64,000 nucleotides of DNA from Coniocarpon cinnabarinum (GCA_051942205.1 JAVECO010000003.1:186001-250000), one strand, 5' to 3'; counted from the first letter of the stretch, positions 24,424-38,000 are shown. The notes: generated from the sequence alone by a model not told the origin. Program-made: numbers and translations.

Positions 24424-27009
24424 ATGGCTGCATCATATACTAAGGCTTACTTTACGACTTTTTTTTGCTTACTTGCGAGATTGATACTTGCGCAGCAATA
24501 CTCGCTGGTCGAAGATTGTCAAGGCGGGTCCTTTCTATCATGTTTCGACTTTTACACTGTGAGTCACTAGCAAATGCTCTGAACTTCAGTCATGGACTTT
24601 CTGATTTGGCATAATCAATAGGGTGACGATCTTACACATGGCTTCGTAGAGTGAGTGTCAGCGCATCTCTTCACAGACACCTCCGCTAACAGTGGTAGCT
24701 ATGTCGGGGCCGATAACGCGACGAAGACTGGACTGGTCCAAGTCGGTCCCCAAAGCGTAGTGTTAGGAGCCGATCACACCCCCAATGTGTCTCTCTCCTC
24801 CCGAGGCCGGCCCTCTGTCCGTCTCGAAGCCAAGAAGGACTACACCCATGGTCTCTTCATTTTTTCACTGTCGCACATGCCATTCGGCTGTGGAACATGG
24901 CCAGCGCTTTGGACGCTCGGTCCAGATTGGCGTATGTGCTACGCTACACTTGCAATAGAGCTTGATACACTTTACTAATAAGAAGCAGCCAACGCAGGCG
25001 AAATAGACATTCTTGAAGGTGTCAATCAACAACAATACAACTGGGCAACTTTACACACAAGCAGCAACTGCACGGTTGCCGGCGTGAATGAGACAGGGTT
25101 ACTGCAAACCAACGACTGTAGCGAAAAGGACGCGACAAGCGGCTGCATCGTCCAAAGCAGATCCAAGCAGTCGTATGGTGCAGCTTTCAATAGTAACAGC
25201 GGCGGCGTCTATGCCATGCAATGGACCAGCAACTTCATTCGCGTGTGGTTCTTCCCGCACGGCGCTGTACCCTCCAGCATCACGGCGAATACACCGGATC
25301 CAGCTAAGGACTTTGGCAAGCCTATGGCCAACTTCCAGGGCTCTTGCGACATCGATCGACTGTTTCATTCGCACCACGCTGTCATTGATTTGACATTCTG
25401 CGGCGATTGGGCAGGCAACACGTACGGCTCTTCAGGCTGTCCAATGAGCGTCCCGGGCAATTCCAAAGCCAGTTGTGAAGCGTTTGTCGCGAAACATCCG
25501 GAGGCTTTTAAAGAAGCGTATTGGGATATCAATTATCTCAAGGTTTTTCAGACGGTGAAGGGTGTGAGCTCAAGCTCCAGCTCAATTTCGACGATCACGC
25601 ACAGTGTCAGTCCTGTGGCGAGCTCGAGAAGCGTCTCGAGTCAGAGTGTAGGCATGGGAGCGAGTTCGAAGGTGAAGAGTAGCAGCTTGGTGTCCATGAC
25701 GAGATCGATACCGCCATCATCGATTCGCACGTCTCTGATGGCTTCAGCGTCAAGTACGCGGTCGTCGGGCAGTGGACAGAGGACATCAACTCAGGGACCC
25801 AGCACGGGTACTAAGCTGTTGTCAGCATCTCATGGCACGAGTTCAACTCACAAACAAAGCAGCAGCACACGTCTCTCCGTCTCACATACGACATCGAACC
25901 ACCATACCACGTCAACTCTCATCTCCCACACAACGAACACGCATCACACCAGCGCGCTCAACCCCAGTGCTCAACCCTTCCGGCTACAGCCAACTCCTTC
26001 TCATCTCCCACCGACTTGCAACGCACTTTACGCGCCACCACCTCTCCCACCTCGCCGCACAGCATTAACGACCAATACGGATACGGCGCAATCTACCTCA
26101 GAGACAGCAACCTCTGCATCTTCGTCAATACAGAACATACCTTTCGATACTACATCCACCCTCGCGCCAATCAACACCAATAATCCAGATGCGATGAACG
26201 CCGTAACGTTCCACATCTACTGTGATTCGTTGATCTCAGGACTACCGATCATCCAAGTGATACACTTACGCGACCTCTACGTTTCTCCTTCTCCATCAGG
26301 GACAAACTCCGCGTCCAATTCTCCTCCCACTCCCAATGCCAACCGTAACGACCGAAGACGCGCATCTTTGGCATCTGGCGCAAACAACTCGGCAAACTCG
26401 CCACTCGTGACCATGGACGGCTTCCCAGCTCCGACAGGCGAAGAGAAAGCCGATGTAGATCCCAGAACCTTTGGGCCTGACGAAGCTTTCGTCGCGTGTC
26501 TTTCTCATTGCTCTTCTCTCTCGCCGCAAGAATGCGCAGGCGTGGGGTTCTGGAACGGTACTGAGACAGGCTGGGCAGCTTGCCGCGTGCATGGCTTTCC
26601 AAGCACGCATGCGCTGGTCGCAGCGCCTGACTTACGACGAAACGGGACTGGAAGCGCCGTGAACGGAACGCTCGGAGATAGGAGCCGACTGAGACCCAGG
26701 AGTGAGGGTGAGAAAGTGGATAGGAGGCAGGATATTGGAAATCTGTTGACGACGCATTATCATTCTGGGAGTTTCGCAGCGGTGCGAGCGACTGCGGCGC
26801 CGGTATCGGACGGGACTGTAGGAGGTGGTGGGGAAGGCGTCGGAAAGACTGTTGCATCGGGTATAGACACGGCGATGCCAACGCTGACGACTGGCGCAGA
26901 AACTGGAATTGTAGCAAGCGTGGAGGCGGAGAGGACAGTGACGCAGATTGTAACTGTAACGACTGCGGCGGAACCCACTGGGTGCAGTAGTATACAGATG
27001 CAGTTATGA
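24424..27009 (+). CDS. Secreted GH16 endo-1,3(4)-beta-glucanase (Mlg1/Lam16-type) with Ser/Thr linker and Cys-containing C-terminal domain
   Basis: Signal peptide MAASYTKAYFTTFFCLLARLILA; GRPSVRLE; GCGTWPALW; catalytic GEIDILEGVN near 25000; GGVYAMQW; TFCGDWAG; several short introns. Confidence 0.88.
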
Positions 27010-27475
27010 TGACATCCAAAAGCGCGCTCTATGTGGCGGGATCGTTGATGCTTGAATGCTGGCACGATTGAATGAATATTGATACAATTGCGTTGCAGAC
27101 TGTTCGTGCGGATATTTTGCGAATTCAGTCGTGCATGTCCAGGGCAGGTATTATTGCCTTGAGAGCTGCCTTTACGTCAGTACTTCAGCTCCTCTGGAAG
27201 TCCCTGATGCTTATTCTTCTGATGGCAGAAAAAAAAGGAGTTTGTGATATATGTGGGAGCTGAAACGAATTGCCACGCACATGGAGATCATGCGCGACAT
27301 CAGAGAGACTCCTCGATCATCTAGGAGTGCAGATAGAAAAGCTCAGTCTAACATGTGAAGAGAGGAGCTTTTTGCATGGAAAGCTACCTTGACTCCCGCA
27401 TAATAATAGAAGATAACTGTCTGAGGTATTTGCATGTCAGGAAAGGAGAGGATACGACTCACGTGAGGTCAACAG

Positions 27476-29098
27476 TCAAACAGCTGCACGGTTGATCCTT
27501 GCAGCTTTGAATTTGCTCATCTTCTTTCCGTCGCTTCCACTTCCAACACCATGTCGTGGTGCTCGTTCAATGACATCCGACACAAGTGTGTTGGATGCCT
27601 CTCGCACTGATGTGGGGCTACTGGAATTTGCAGCAAGTTGAGCTTGCTTGTAGCGCGACATTTTTGGTGGCGCCGTGCCATTTGATGTAGTGGTGAAGTC
27701 GGATGTGGGTATGTCGTTGCGCTCAACTACTGCGCTGCTGACTGGATCAACAGACGGCTCTGCAAATTCTGTCTCAGCTTCTGCTTGAGTTTCTTTCGTA
27801 GGAGCAATGTCAAGATCAGCGGCGAAGCGAACCGCTTTGCTCTTCGTTTTGTTCTGCGATGTCGTAGAGTTCCAATCCGATGCAGCCTGCTGATTTGTGT
27901 CTCCGGGTAGATTGTCTGCGCCTGTTGTTCTCACAGACGGACCAACATTCCACAGACCTTGCGCATGCAGCTTCTCCTCTAGTCTTTTCATCTCATTTTG
28001 GTACTCATCTGAGATGCCGCCTCTGAGGCTTCTTCCCCACTCACCCTCTTCGCTGTCTTCAGTGTCTTCGTCGCTACTCAAGTCTAGATCCACGCTCTCG
28101 ATCTCACTACCACTGCCATAGTCTGCTTCGTTATCGAGATCCATCTCCGCGACGATGGCGTTGACTTCATTCATATTGTACTGCATCATCTCGCGTCGCA
28201 ATCGAGCGTCTTCAGGTGACTCATCGACGCACACGTGTGGGGCGTGGAAGTCAATGGGCCGATCAGTTGAATCGAGCGCATAGACCTTGCTATCAGGCGG
28301 AAACGAGCCTTGTACGATCTCCGATAATGATGGCTCCGTGCCCGCATCTGTTGATGCACATTTTGTGTCCTTCGCAAACTGAACCCACTTCTTGATCTTT
28401 GGCGAGTCTGTAGGTGGTTCTGGAGATTTTGACTGTGATTGCTGAGGTGATACCGGCTTTTCGATGGGCTCATGAGAAGCGACGGAAGATGTCTCCAGTG
28501 CTTTAGCAGCAGCATCGGAGTTCGCTGGTGGATGCACTGAAGATGATTGGGCTTCTGCCGTTGGGGGGTGCTCCGCCTCCAATGCACCGGCTTTCTGCAG
28601 TAAGTCCAAGATTTTATCGGCTTGTTCGCCTGGCTTTGCAAGCCTTCCATCTATCACATTGTCATTCTCATCGAGTTGCTCGAAGATCTCTGCTTGTGGG
28701 ACGTTGTCTTCAGCATTGTTGCTCTCATTCCCTGCTAAATCTTCAGAGTCTGACTGGGCTTTTTCCAATCGTTTTGCAGCGCTTCTACAATTTTGCTGCA
28801 CCCAATCCAATCTTCTCGATATCAGATCCGCTACCTGCTCACGTGACCGATTCAATGACTGTTGCGTACCAATCAATTCTTCGATATCTCCACGAGTGAC
28901 GACCTCACCCCCGAAGTCTTCTGCCAGTTGTCGTATGTCACTTGCAGATGCATCGCTAGGGAGCGTGCTGACCTCGTCTCTGAGGGCATCGTATTCCGCC
29001 TCCCACGTTCGCCATTGACGCAACGAATTCTGGAGCTTTTGAATATTATCCTCGAGCTGAAGACGGAAGGATTCGACGCGATCCAATGTCGATTCCAT
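27476..29098 (-). CDS. BUD27: Bud27/URI-like unconventional prefoldin (DUF3835-type C-terminus)
   Basis: Prefoldin-like N-terminus WRTWEAEYDAL..ISRRLDWVQQN; ESPEDARLRREMMQY; C-terminal KMSRYK and KMSKFKAAR. Confidence 0.75.
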   Translation of the reverse strand: MESTLDRVESFRLQLEDNIQKLQNSLRQWRTWEAEYDALRDEVSTLPSDASASDIRQLAEDFGGEVVTRGDIEELIGTQQSLNRSREQVADLISRRLDWVQQNCRSAAKRLEKAQSDSEDLAGNESNNAEDNVPQAEIFEQLDENDNVIDGRLAKPGEQADKILDLLQKAGALEAEHPPTAEAQSSSVHPPANSDAAAKALETSSVASHEPIEKPVSPQQSQSKSPEPPTDSPKIKKWVQFAKDTKCASTDAGTEPSLSEIVQGSFPPDSKVYALDSTDRPIDFHAPHVCVDESPEDARLRREMMQYNMNEVNAIVAEMDLDNEADYGSGSEIESVDLDLSSDEDTEDSEEGEWGRSLRGGISDEYQNEMKRLEEKLHAQGLWNVGPSVRTTGADNLPGDTNQQAASDWNSTTSQNKTKSKAVRFAADLDIAPTKETQAEAETEFAEPSVDPVSSAVVERNDIPTSDFTTTSNGTAPPKMSRYKQAQLAANSSSPTSVREASNTLVSDVIERAPRHGVGSGSDGKKMSKFKAARINRAAV

Positions 29099-29405
29099 TA
29101 CAGCGGCCACGTTGCCAGACAAGATCTTGTGAGTATTGTAGAGGTAATATAGAGAAAAGTGAGAAGTGAAGCGCGCGGGCGTGGCTGGTTTGTAGCGACA
29201 ATTAATTACCTATATAGGTAAGCCGTGACGCGAGTTGCAAGCATGCCTCGTTTTCGTTTTCAAGCTTCTCGAAGATGCTTTTGAAGTACCACCCAAACAC
29301 GGCCACCCACGATGTAGCTGTTGTCTTGACGGTAGACAAGGCTACAACCGAAGTGGGGGCTGTATATGCTCTGAGATTGATTTCGCAGTCTCAATTGGCA
29401 CCAAG

Positions 29406-30437
29406 ATGCCGCCCACAGCGCCTGGAGGCCTGCCAACGACTCAAAATGCCAGTAACGACATCTGCCCCGTTTGCAAATCCTCACGTTATCTCAATCCAAA
29501 CATGAAGCTCAAGGTCAACCCAGAATGCTGGCATCGAATGTGCGAGTCTTGCGTGGAGCGTATCTTTGGGCATGGGCCAGCCCCTTGCCCCATTGCAGGA
29601 TGCAAGCGGACTCTGAGAAAGGCGCGCTTCCGTGAGCAGACTTTTGAGGATGTCAAAATCGAGCGAGAGATTGAGATCAGAAAGGAAGTCAATGATCTCA
29701 TTAGAATGCGTCAGGACGACTACAGCAACTTACGGGAGTACAATGACTTTCTGGAAGACATGGAAGAGATCACGTTCAATCTTATCAATAACAAAGATGT
29801 AACTGGAGCAAGAGCATCTCTTGACAAGTATCGTAAAGAGCACGCCAACGAGATCGCAGCGAACATTGAACACGAGAAGAGCGAGCGTGCGGAGTTCGCG
29901 GCCATGACAGCAGAGCAGCGCGAGCGAGAATTACAAAACCGCCAGATCGCCATGCGACAACTAGAGGAAGAGGAGAAATTCCGACAAGACCAAGAAAGAA
30001 GCTTTCGAGAGCAGCTTGCCAAGGGCGGGGATGCTAATAAACTTGCTTCGAGACTGGCGAAGGTACAACAAGAGCGGGCCATTGCTCGCAAGTATGAAGC
30101 TCAGCGCGCGCAGTCTGATGGTGATGGTATGGTCATTCGGGGGAAGATGCGTGAGAAAGAGGCTCCAAAGACGGAAGTGCCATACTCACCATTTGCTGGC
30201 CTACATCTGCAACGACAAGAGGTTCCTCGCGAAGTCTATCACGACGAGACTCTGGATGAAAGACGCCAGAACCCCAAAGTCACAGCAGGTGGATACGATT
30301 TCGAAGAGTACTGCCAACGAGCTCTTTCCGATGCTTTCTCTGGTCTCGGCGTTTTTGTAGGCGACGAGATGGCAGCGCGCGAAGGCGGAGTTCCGAACGC
30401 CGCTCTCAACGTGCCGAAGGTTGACGCGAATGGGTAA
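29406..30437 (+). CDS. TFB3: CDK-activating kinase assembly factor MAT1/Tfb3
   Basis: RING CPVCKSSRYLNP..CWHRMCESCVERIF..CPIAGC; FEDVKIEREIEIRK; YNDFLE; AGGY. Confidence 0.93.
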   Translation: MPPTAPGGLPTTQNASNDICPVCKSSRYLNPNMKLKVNPECWHRMCESCVERIFGHGPAPCPIAGCKRTLRKARFREQTFEDVKIEREIEIRKEVNDLIRMRQDDYSNLREYNDFLEDMEEITFNLINNKDVTGARASLDKYRKEHANEIAANIEHEKSERAEFAAMTAEQRERELQNRQIAMRQLEEEEKFRQDQERSFREQLAKGGDANKLASRLAKVQQERAIARKYEAQRAQSDGDGMVIRGKMREKEAPKTEVPYSPFAGLHLQRQEVPREVYHDETLDERRQNPKVTAGGYDFEEYCQRALSDAFSGLGVFVGDEMAAREGGVPNAALNVPKVDANG

Positions 30438-30704
30438 AGGTCTTGTTGGATACCTGCAGCCTCCAAGCACATCCAAGCACTGCTTGGACTACCTAACTCT
30501 CGACCGAGGACAGGGCCGGTCGCTAACGCCCCGAAGATCAGCCGATTGGTGGACCTGATTTTACTGGGGCCTGCTTCTCCGAAGTGCCTCATATTTAGCT
30601 TCGTTGTTCTTCCGGGTTGGGCTAATCGCCATGTACAATCACATCGGCTCCCTCTCTTAGTGATATACTGGAGGGCTGAATTGCAGCAATTATCAGCTGA
30701 CGCC

Positions 30705-31725
30705 ATGGACGTTGGAAATCCAGACAACACCGATCGCTTCACAGGGCGGATAGAGTCGTACGCAGCCTTTCGACGAGGATATGCGCCCGAGTCACTCGCA
30801 GCGGTGATAGACTATTTTCGTATCGACGAGAGAGGTATATCATCCCTTACGAGATTATGTTTCTTGTCAATCCTACATCAAGACTCAACATCTGTTCACG
30901 CGCTAGCCGTTGCAGTCTCTTCAGAGAGACCCGCCAGCCCGAGAGAAATCACTAACAAGTTTCCAAGCTCATATACTTGATCTCGGCTCTGGTACAGGCA
31001 TCCTCACGGCTCAGTTGCTTTCGCAGATCCCGCGTTGCACAGTCACAGGTGTCGAGCCGAACAAAGACATGCGCGAGTACTCTTTTTCTACTCCTGCTTT
31101 ATCGACCGCCCTCGATAGGAAGCGCTTGCATATTGTAGACGGCACGGCCGAGGCAACGACTTTGCCCGCCCAGTCCGTTGATGCCGTTTTTGCCGCGGCA
31201 GCTTTCCACTGGTTTGATGGCCCACGGACTCGCCAAGAGATCATGCGAATCGGGCGCTCTTCTTCGAATGCTGAAGGAGACACCGGTGTACCTTTTGCTA
31301 TCCTCACTCACGGACCAGCTGGCGTCGAGTCACGAGAGCACCAGGTGGGCGAACCCAACATGGCAGATCCACGATGTGGGCCGGACCAGCATTGGTGGCA
31401 CTTCCACGAAGAGGTGCGAGGCTTGTATGAGAAGCTCGACATGGATCACACGCAACGGGTTCGAAAGGCAAAGTTGAGTCCCGAGAGTTTGAAACAGTTC
31501 TTCGGACATGACGGCTGGAAGATCTGGCGTGGAGATGGCAGTCGCGAACTGAGTCTAGACGAGCTGATTGAAGGCCTGGACAGCCACAGCAGCGTGCCAC
31601 GGAAAGGCACCCCGAGATACGATGCCGTGGTGGAGAGAGTCCAGGACCTGTTTGCCAAGTGGCAGATAGACGGCAAGGTCAAGATCCTGAGAGACCGCGT
31701 CGTCTACTATGGCTGCGTTCGGTGA
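30705..31725 (+). CDS. Class I SAM-dependent methyltransferase (type 11); intron about 30835-30967
   Basis: RFTGRIESYAAFRRGY; ILDLGSGTG; GVEPN; GTAEAT; AAAFHWFD. Confidence 0.85.
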
Positions 31726-31882
31726 TTGTGATCCATAGAGAAGTGTCGTCTGTAGGTATCGCTTGCCCTGCATATGCGTTCCAAGGATCGATGCACGGAC
31801 CAGCTTGTGTTACAGTCACCTTCCCAAGTATTTCGCAGACACCCCGCGTCATCTGTCCTGTGAACAAGAATGGACCTTGACA

Positions 31883-32830
31883 ATGGCTCGAATGCTGGTG
31901 TGTCTGCTTTACGGTCAGCGTTTACTCTCCCACAACCGAACCGGCCAGATCGTTGAAATAGGGCGTGCGATCCGTCACGTGAGTCAACGATATCTGCCTG
32001 CAACAGAGCGAATTCTGAAAGACAGATTGCACGAAGCCCGCACATATCATGCTCACCTCGACGAAACGTCTTCGCAATATTGGTCTGACGTTTATGACCG
32101 ACTCCTCAGGAGCCTTAGTGTTGGCCAACGGGATGCCCAGCGTATCAAGGCCCGACTTGCGGTCGCTGCCATTAGTAACAGCCGTGTTCTAACCCCTGAT
32201 GCTCCGGCACTATTCGAGTGGCTCAGAGAGCTCAAAGGCGGGGTCGGAACCTCTTCAGAATGTTTGCCGTGGGCCACTGCAGCGACGGGTATGATCGCTC
32301 ACACAGGACCTCACTCTGCGGAACAGAAAGCAACATTGTGCAAGAGGGAATTGGAAGGTTTGGGAATCTCAGTCCGAGATCCAGGAGGTTCAGTGAGTGG
32401 CAGTGGCAATATCAATGACGTCGATTTTTTTACTTGCCTGGACTTCGACGCAGAACGCCAACATCGAGATCTCTTATTCCCAATGATTCGGAGGCACCTG
32501 GCTCGTCTGCGCAGAAATTTGCAGGAAGGTGGCTTTGAAATGGGGTTGGAAATTGATTTTCTATTCATTGCACGAGATCTACGCGTTCTCGAGATAGCGA
32601 GGCAAGCAGAATGGGAAACTCTTTTTTGTCTCGGTCATGGGCATATGCTGGCAGGTAGATACAAACATATTAGGGGCACCGTCATAAACATCAAGAGCGA
32701 GGAATTACGTGCTGGTTCTAGAGGTCGACAGGATATGATATACGACCTCACGGACGTGCACCTCTGGCGGCCACCACATCTCGCAGTCACCCCCAATTCC
32801 AAGGACATCGATGACGATATCTCTTTTTAA
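31883..32830 (+). CDS. Hypothetical protein, possibly a degenerate HAD-like fold; start uncertain
   Basis: Long ORF; FLFIARDLRVLEIARQAEWET resembles the HAD motif IV region. Confidence 0.5.
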   Translation: MARMLVCLLYGQRLLSHNRTGQIVEIGRAIRHVSQRYLPATERILKDRLHEARTYHAHLDETSSQYWSDVYDRLLRSLSVGQRDAQRIKARLAVAAISNSRVLTPDAPALFEWLRELKGGVGTSSECLPWATAATGMIAHTGPHSAEQKATLCKRELEGLGISVRDPGGSVSGSGNINDVDFFTCLDFDAERQHRDLLFPMIRRHLARLRRNLQEGGFEMGLEIDFLFIARDLRVLEIARQAEWETLFCLGHGHMLAGRYKHIRGTVINIKSEELRAGSRGRQDMIYDLTDVHLWRPPHLAVTPNSKDIDDDISF

Positions 32831-35016
32831 CATCTTTCTTTGCAGCTTGCGCCTATGCACGGCATTGGAAAACCTGTCATATGAGGGCCAAAAGACTTCT
32901 CCTTCCTCGGGGGGGACCGTGAAAACTAGTGATAATCCGGCGTTCTTGCACAAGCGCCATTGCAGCTCCCTGTGACGGGCACTACTTACATTCTCAGCTT
33001 AAATCGCCTGTTCACTGCAGCTTCATGCACGGGAGGAGATATATTTATGCACGTCGTTTTCAGCGCGACCGTGGACGCTTCAACTGAGATGTTTCATATA
33101 CAGAGGTCGCCTTCCGAAATGCCATCTACATACTGAGCAACAAGCCACTCCCCTTCATTTGCTACCTTCACCCACCAAACACGAAAACTTGGCTTGAACT
33201 GGGGATTATACACGCCCTCGACGTTTTTCGACCTCTCTAGCATCACGTCAAACAGTGGAAGTGTTAGGCCTAGCCAAGCGAGTCTCGAAAATCAGACATG
33301 AAACCCGACTCCCTGCCGGAAATTGCATCCAGGGATTATCAAGAGCTAGAGAACGTCAGTGTACTCTATGCCGCACTTGCCTTCAAACAGCCTAGACGAC
33401 TGCATCATTCTAACGTTTTACAAAGCTTTCTATGGCATCGCAAGATCCTCGACAAAAGGTTAAGTTAAAATTCTGTGTTGAGTTTTGCTACCCGATACAC
33501 GCTCCAGGAAACAGCGCTTACCAGTGCTGCAATACAGCATTATTCCGAGCAGTAGACCGCTATTTCCCATACTTCCCCTCTCGGGTACGGATCGCGGGCC
33601 TGTCCGGAGCTGTTACATTTCCTCGTCAACACGGAGCGTAGAATTTGACAGAATCCACACCTTCAATGGAGACCCAGGCCATTCCAATACTACTAGCCCA
33701 AGATTCTCAAGACTTGCAATATTGCAGGGGCGGCTACCTGCAGTCTGGAAGTTACACTGAGCTACATACGACAGACAACCTGTTCACATGACAATCTCGA
33801 CTGATAATGTCGGATGATGATCTCGAATGGCAATCGCTAAATTCCTTGCATATCGCCTCTCGGTGGAGCATCTCACTGATCGACCTCGCCACGAGCAGAA
33901 AGGCACAGCGATAAGACATCTCACTTTCTATGTTATTGAGTTAGATATTTTATGCTCTCACAAGCTCGACGCATCTTGCGCAGGCAATTTCCAAAATCAC
34001 AGTCAGCCTTGCGGTCTCAGTGTTCCGAAATGCACGTTGAGAGTCAAACTATGCTCGGTTAATCAAGCAACACGTCTGTCTAGAATATCTCACTTCTCTT
34101 ACTCTTGTCTCTTCGCTGCGAGGTCCTTGTGCTCATGGCAACTAAACCACGTACTGTCAACCGTCCGCATATTTACGCACCCTGTGACGATTCTGACGCG
34201 TGGATGTTCCCTTGGACCTTAAAGTACTGCTTCATGCTTTAGGTACCCTTAAAAGATCCAAGCTATGTTCATTTGTTGGGAGACGTACTTTGCTTATCTG
34301 CGCTCCGCCCTCTCCCTTGTCTTGAAGTCCTCAGTTACCAATGCCCACCCGCAAGCTGCAAGCTGCCAGCTTTACAACTAAACCCAAAAGTCTGAACGAT
34401 TCCAAATGTCAGTCCAATAGATGCGCATGAAATGATTCCTCTTTCTCTTCCGTCTTATTCCGAGAAAGCCATATGTATTGTTGTCACGATCAATTGTCAT
34501 ATCAAGTTTCACTCGCAGAAGTCTAAGTATTCCCGTAAGTCTACCGTGTATTATTGTCTGAAGGTCATCTCCCAATTCTGCATTGCGAGAAACGCATGTC
34601 AAAGCCGTCACGAGTACTCTTATATCAAGTCAATCGAGCGATCAATCGTCTGCACAATGACTTTAAATCTAATAACATTTCTTTAAGCTCTGACATGCAT
34701 ATTTCACCTCTAACACTGGTACTCCATCATGAGTTTTGAATCGCATGAAAACTAAAAAGACGTGATTGAACGATAAAAACGTGTGTGAACGATAAGAAGG
34801 GCGTTAAGCTCACCACCATCCACCGGCATTTCGTCTCCGAAATCGACCTCCTAGAAATGTCAGCGTGCATGTCACCATCACCCTATCCCCCAATCGCACA
34901 TCTTCAGGATGAAATCTGCATCTGGCATACTAAGTGCTTCCGTGTCTGAATCTTGCATCTTTGCTAGGGATGTGCTGTATCGGTCGCATTTTTAAGTGGG
35001 TTTTTGGAGGTATGAA

Positions 35017-38000
35017 TTAGGCAATGAACACCCGGGTGGACTTACCAATCGTCTCACTCTTCTCACTCCTCCCGTCTTTTCCGCTATTCGCTCTGCTCAT
35101 TATAGTAGTATCGCCTCGCTTTGCATGAGGTCTAGGCGCTGGTTGATAGTTCGCAGGCTGTGATGTGTGTGTCGGTGCAGGCGCAGGAGCGGGAGGGGCA
35201 GGTGGAGGGGGTACAGGAGCGGTTTGGTAATTTGCTGGTTGTGAGGGATGCGTTGCCGGAGCTGGTGCGGGAGCAGGTTGATAGTTCGCAGGCTGTGACG
35301 TATGCGTTGGTGCAGGCGCAGGAGCAGGGGCGGGTTGATAGTTTGTAGGCTGTGATGGATGCGTCGATGAAGGTACAGGAGCTGATGCGTAATTATTTGG
35401 TTGAGAAGACGTCGGTGTTGGTTTAGGCTGAGAAGATGACGACGTTGAATGTGTCGAAGAGGAAGTCGAGTGCGTTGATGACGAAGTCGGATGTGAAGAC
35501 GTCGACGTATGTGACGAAGAGCTACCCGAGTGCGTTGAAGGCGCTTGATTGTAGCCTGCAGGCTGCTGAGGCGTAGACGCCGATGAAAGATGTTGCGAGC
35601 TTGAAGACGTGTGGCTTGTAGAAGAAGTGGGTTTTGAGGATGAAGGAGCGGCGTTGTAACCTCCTGGCTGTGAACTTGACGTATGTGTCGTTGAAGACGA
35701 AGTCGGCTTTGCAGATGATGAAGGCGCTGTGTCATACCCAGCTGGCTTCGAGCTCGAAGTGGTATGCGAACTTGAAGAGGAAGCAGGCTTAGCCGAGGAC
35801 GAAGGAGCCGCATTGTAGCCGCCAGGTTGCGACGTGGGTGTAGACACTGAAGAATGAGAAGACGAACTGGGAGCGGTGTTGTAGCTTGCGACTTTCGAAG
35901 AAGAGGGCGTTGACGATGCCGAATGGCTGGATGCGGCAGACGACTTAGAACTCGAAGATGACGCCGATGTCGGTTGAGATGAGGATGCTGGTGAGGCCGG
36001 CGCGTAATGCTCGGGTCCTTTAGCCACTGGTGTTGCAGACGTCGAATGCGTGGTCGACGTTGGCGCGGTATTATAACCAGCTGGATGAGTGCTAGAAGTT
36101 GAAGCTGGATGCACTGACGAAGTTGGCACGCTGCTATAGCCTTTTGGGGCTTTTGAGGTGGAAGTCGGGTGCACTGAAGACGTGGAGACTGTCGAGCTTC
36201 CAGGCTTCTGCGAACTAGAGCTTGAAGGCGATGTATGCGTCGAAGATGATGGCGCAGCAGTATATCCCCCTGAATGCGTGGAAGACGTCAAGGCTGCATG
36301 AGATGAAGACAGCGGCACAGAGGAGCTTTCAGGCTTATGAGAACTTGTGCTTGAAGATGGCGGCGCCGTATTGTAATTACCAGGCTTTTGAGAAGTCGAG
36401 GTGACGGATGCCGGATGCGCTGAAGACGTAGAGCCCAAGCTGGCTGGAGTTGTATGCGATGTGCCGGAAGTAGAGTGGCTAGGCCCAGGAGCTGTCCCGT
36501 AGCTGGCACGCGACGACGTCGTGCTGGATGAGGATGGATGAGCCGACGAGTTAGTACTTGGAGCCCCACCGTAGTTGTGTGAGGATGGTGTCGATGTTAT
36601 CTGCGAATGAGACGCACTCGTGCTCTGAGCAGCTTTAGATGTTGACGATCCGCTTGGTGATGTGGATGAAGCCGGCGCGGAGTGATAGCCTCCTGAGGAA
36701 GTTGCAGGCGTTGTTGGATGCGAGGTCGCTGAAGAAGCAGCTTTCGCCGTGGACGATGCCGAGCTGGACGGATGCGTGCTTCCTGTACTGGTTGCGGCAG
36801 GATGAGAAGTGCTAAGAGTCGTCGCAGGTGAGGCTTGACTACGTGGTGTGCTAGGAGCACTTGACATGGGAGGAGCAACATTGTACCCTTTCTCGACAGG
36901 TCGGGTACCTTCAATCGAGCTAATACTCGGCTTCGTGGCAGAAGTTGGGGCAGCGCTGTGCGGGATGCTTGTCGATGGAGCGCCCGAATGCGTTGCAGCG
37001 GCTGCAGAGGAAGTTGGCTGTGTCCCAGTCGTCGCGCCATGCGACGCAGTAGTAGAGGTAGTGCACGTCTCACTTGAGATGGTTCCTGACTTCTGAGTTG
37101 ACATATGCTCTGAGTAGCTTACTGACGAGCTTGATGTCCCTGTTATGCTCGAGTGGCCAGCTGCAGAGGAAGACAAACCCCTTGCGCTACTGCTTACAGA
37201 GGAGGGCGCTGTAGCATAGTTGTGCGCCGAACTTGATGACTGTACGCTTGCGTGAGAAGAAGGAGAGCTGGCTGGGCTGGCCGCGGGAGAAGACGCTGGA
37301 GTGGTACCCTCTAGATGCGGCGCGGAATGAGTAGACGAAGTTGATAAGCTGCTGCCAGGCTGAGTAGTAGTATGCAGATATGTTGTAGTGGTAGTGGCCG
37401 CTTCTGAAGTTGGCAACAATGTAGCCTTGCTGCCAGACACCCCCGCTGCGGATGAAGTCACTGAAGAGGTCGTTGACGTAGTGCAAGTTGTATCTGATGA
37501 GGTTGACCCACTTGGCGTTTTCTGTGTTGTATTTGGGACTTCCATAGCCGAGGGTGACGAGACGCCACGGTTTGAAGCCGAAAACGAACTCTGCATAGGT
37601 GGAGCGACGCCAGTTGGGCTAGCTGCGGAGGGTGGCCCAGAAGTTGCAACATTCTGGTTTTGACTGGTAGCAGAGGGGTGCGTCGTGGGCGTACTTTCAG
37701 AGACGCCTGCCGCAGAACTAGTACCTGAGGTCGTCGGTAGGGGAGCCAGTGTTCCTGGAGACCCCGAAGGGGCCGCCATGGCTGAGGGGGACGCAGCTCC
37801 AGGGACTCCAGTGGGAGACGTGGTACACGTTGTGTCCGACGCGGAATGAGGCTGCGCGCCCATGCCCATAGCAATTGCATGAGCACCAAGCTGATTATGT
37901 GGCAAGTTCGCTGTTACATTCTGAGGCTTATATGGGTATACAGCACCTGAGGGTTGGGGGCGAGGTGTTGCGTTTGCCGACGGTGGTGGATAATAGGGAC

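Noticed and set aside
29099..29405. Compact bidirectional promoter between BUD27-like and TFB3
   Set aside because: An ordinary arrangement for fungal housekeeping genes.
30705..31725. Methyltransferase as a displaced gliN, and likewise the MFS at 44.3 kb and P450 at 53.3 kb as cluster genes
   Set aside because: They sit among housekeeping genes 16-40 kb from the cluster, belong to generic families, and I saw no TCGG-N3-CCGA site upstream of them.
32900..34950. AT-richer spacer as a possible RIP-degraded transposon
   Set aside because: No terminal repeats, transposase or RT motifs seen.
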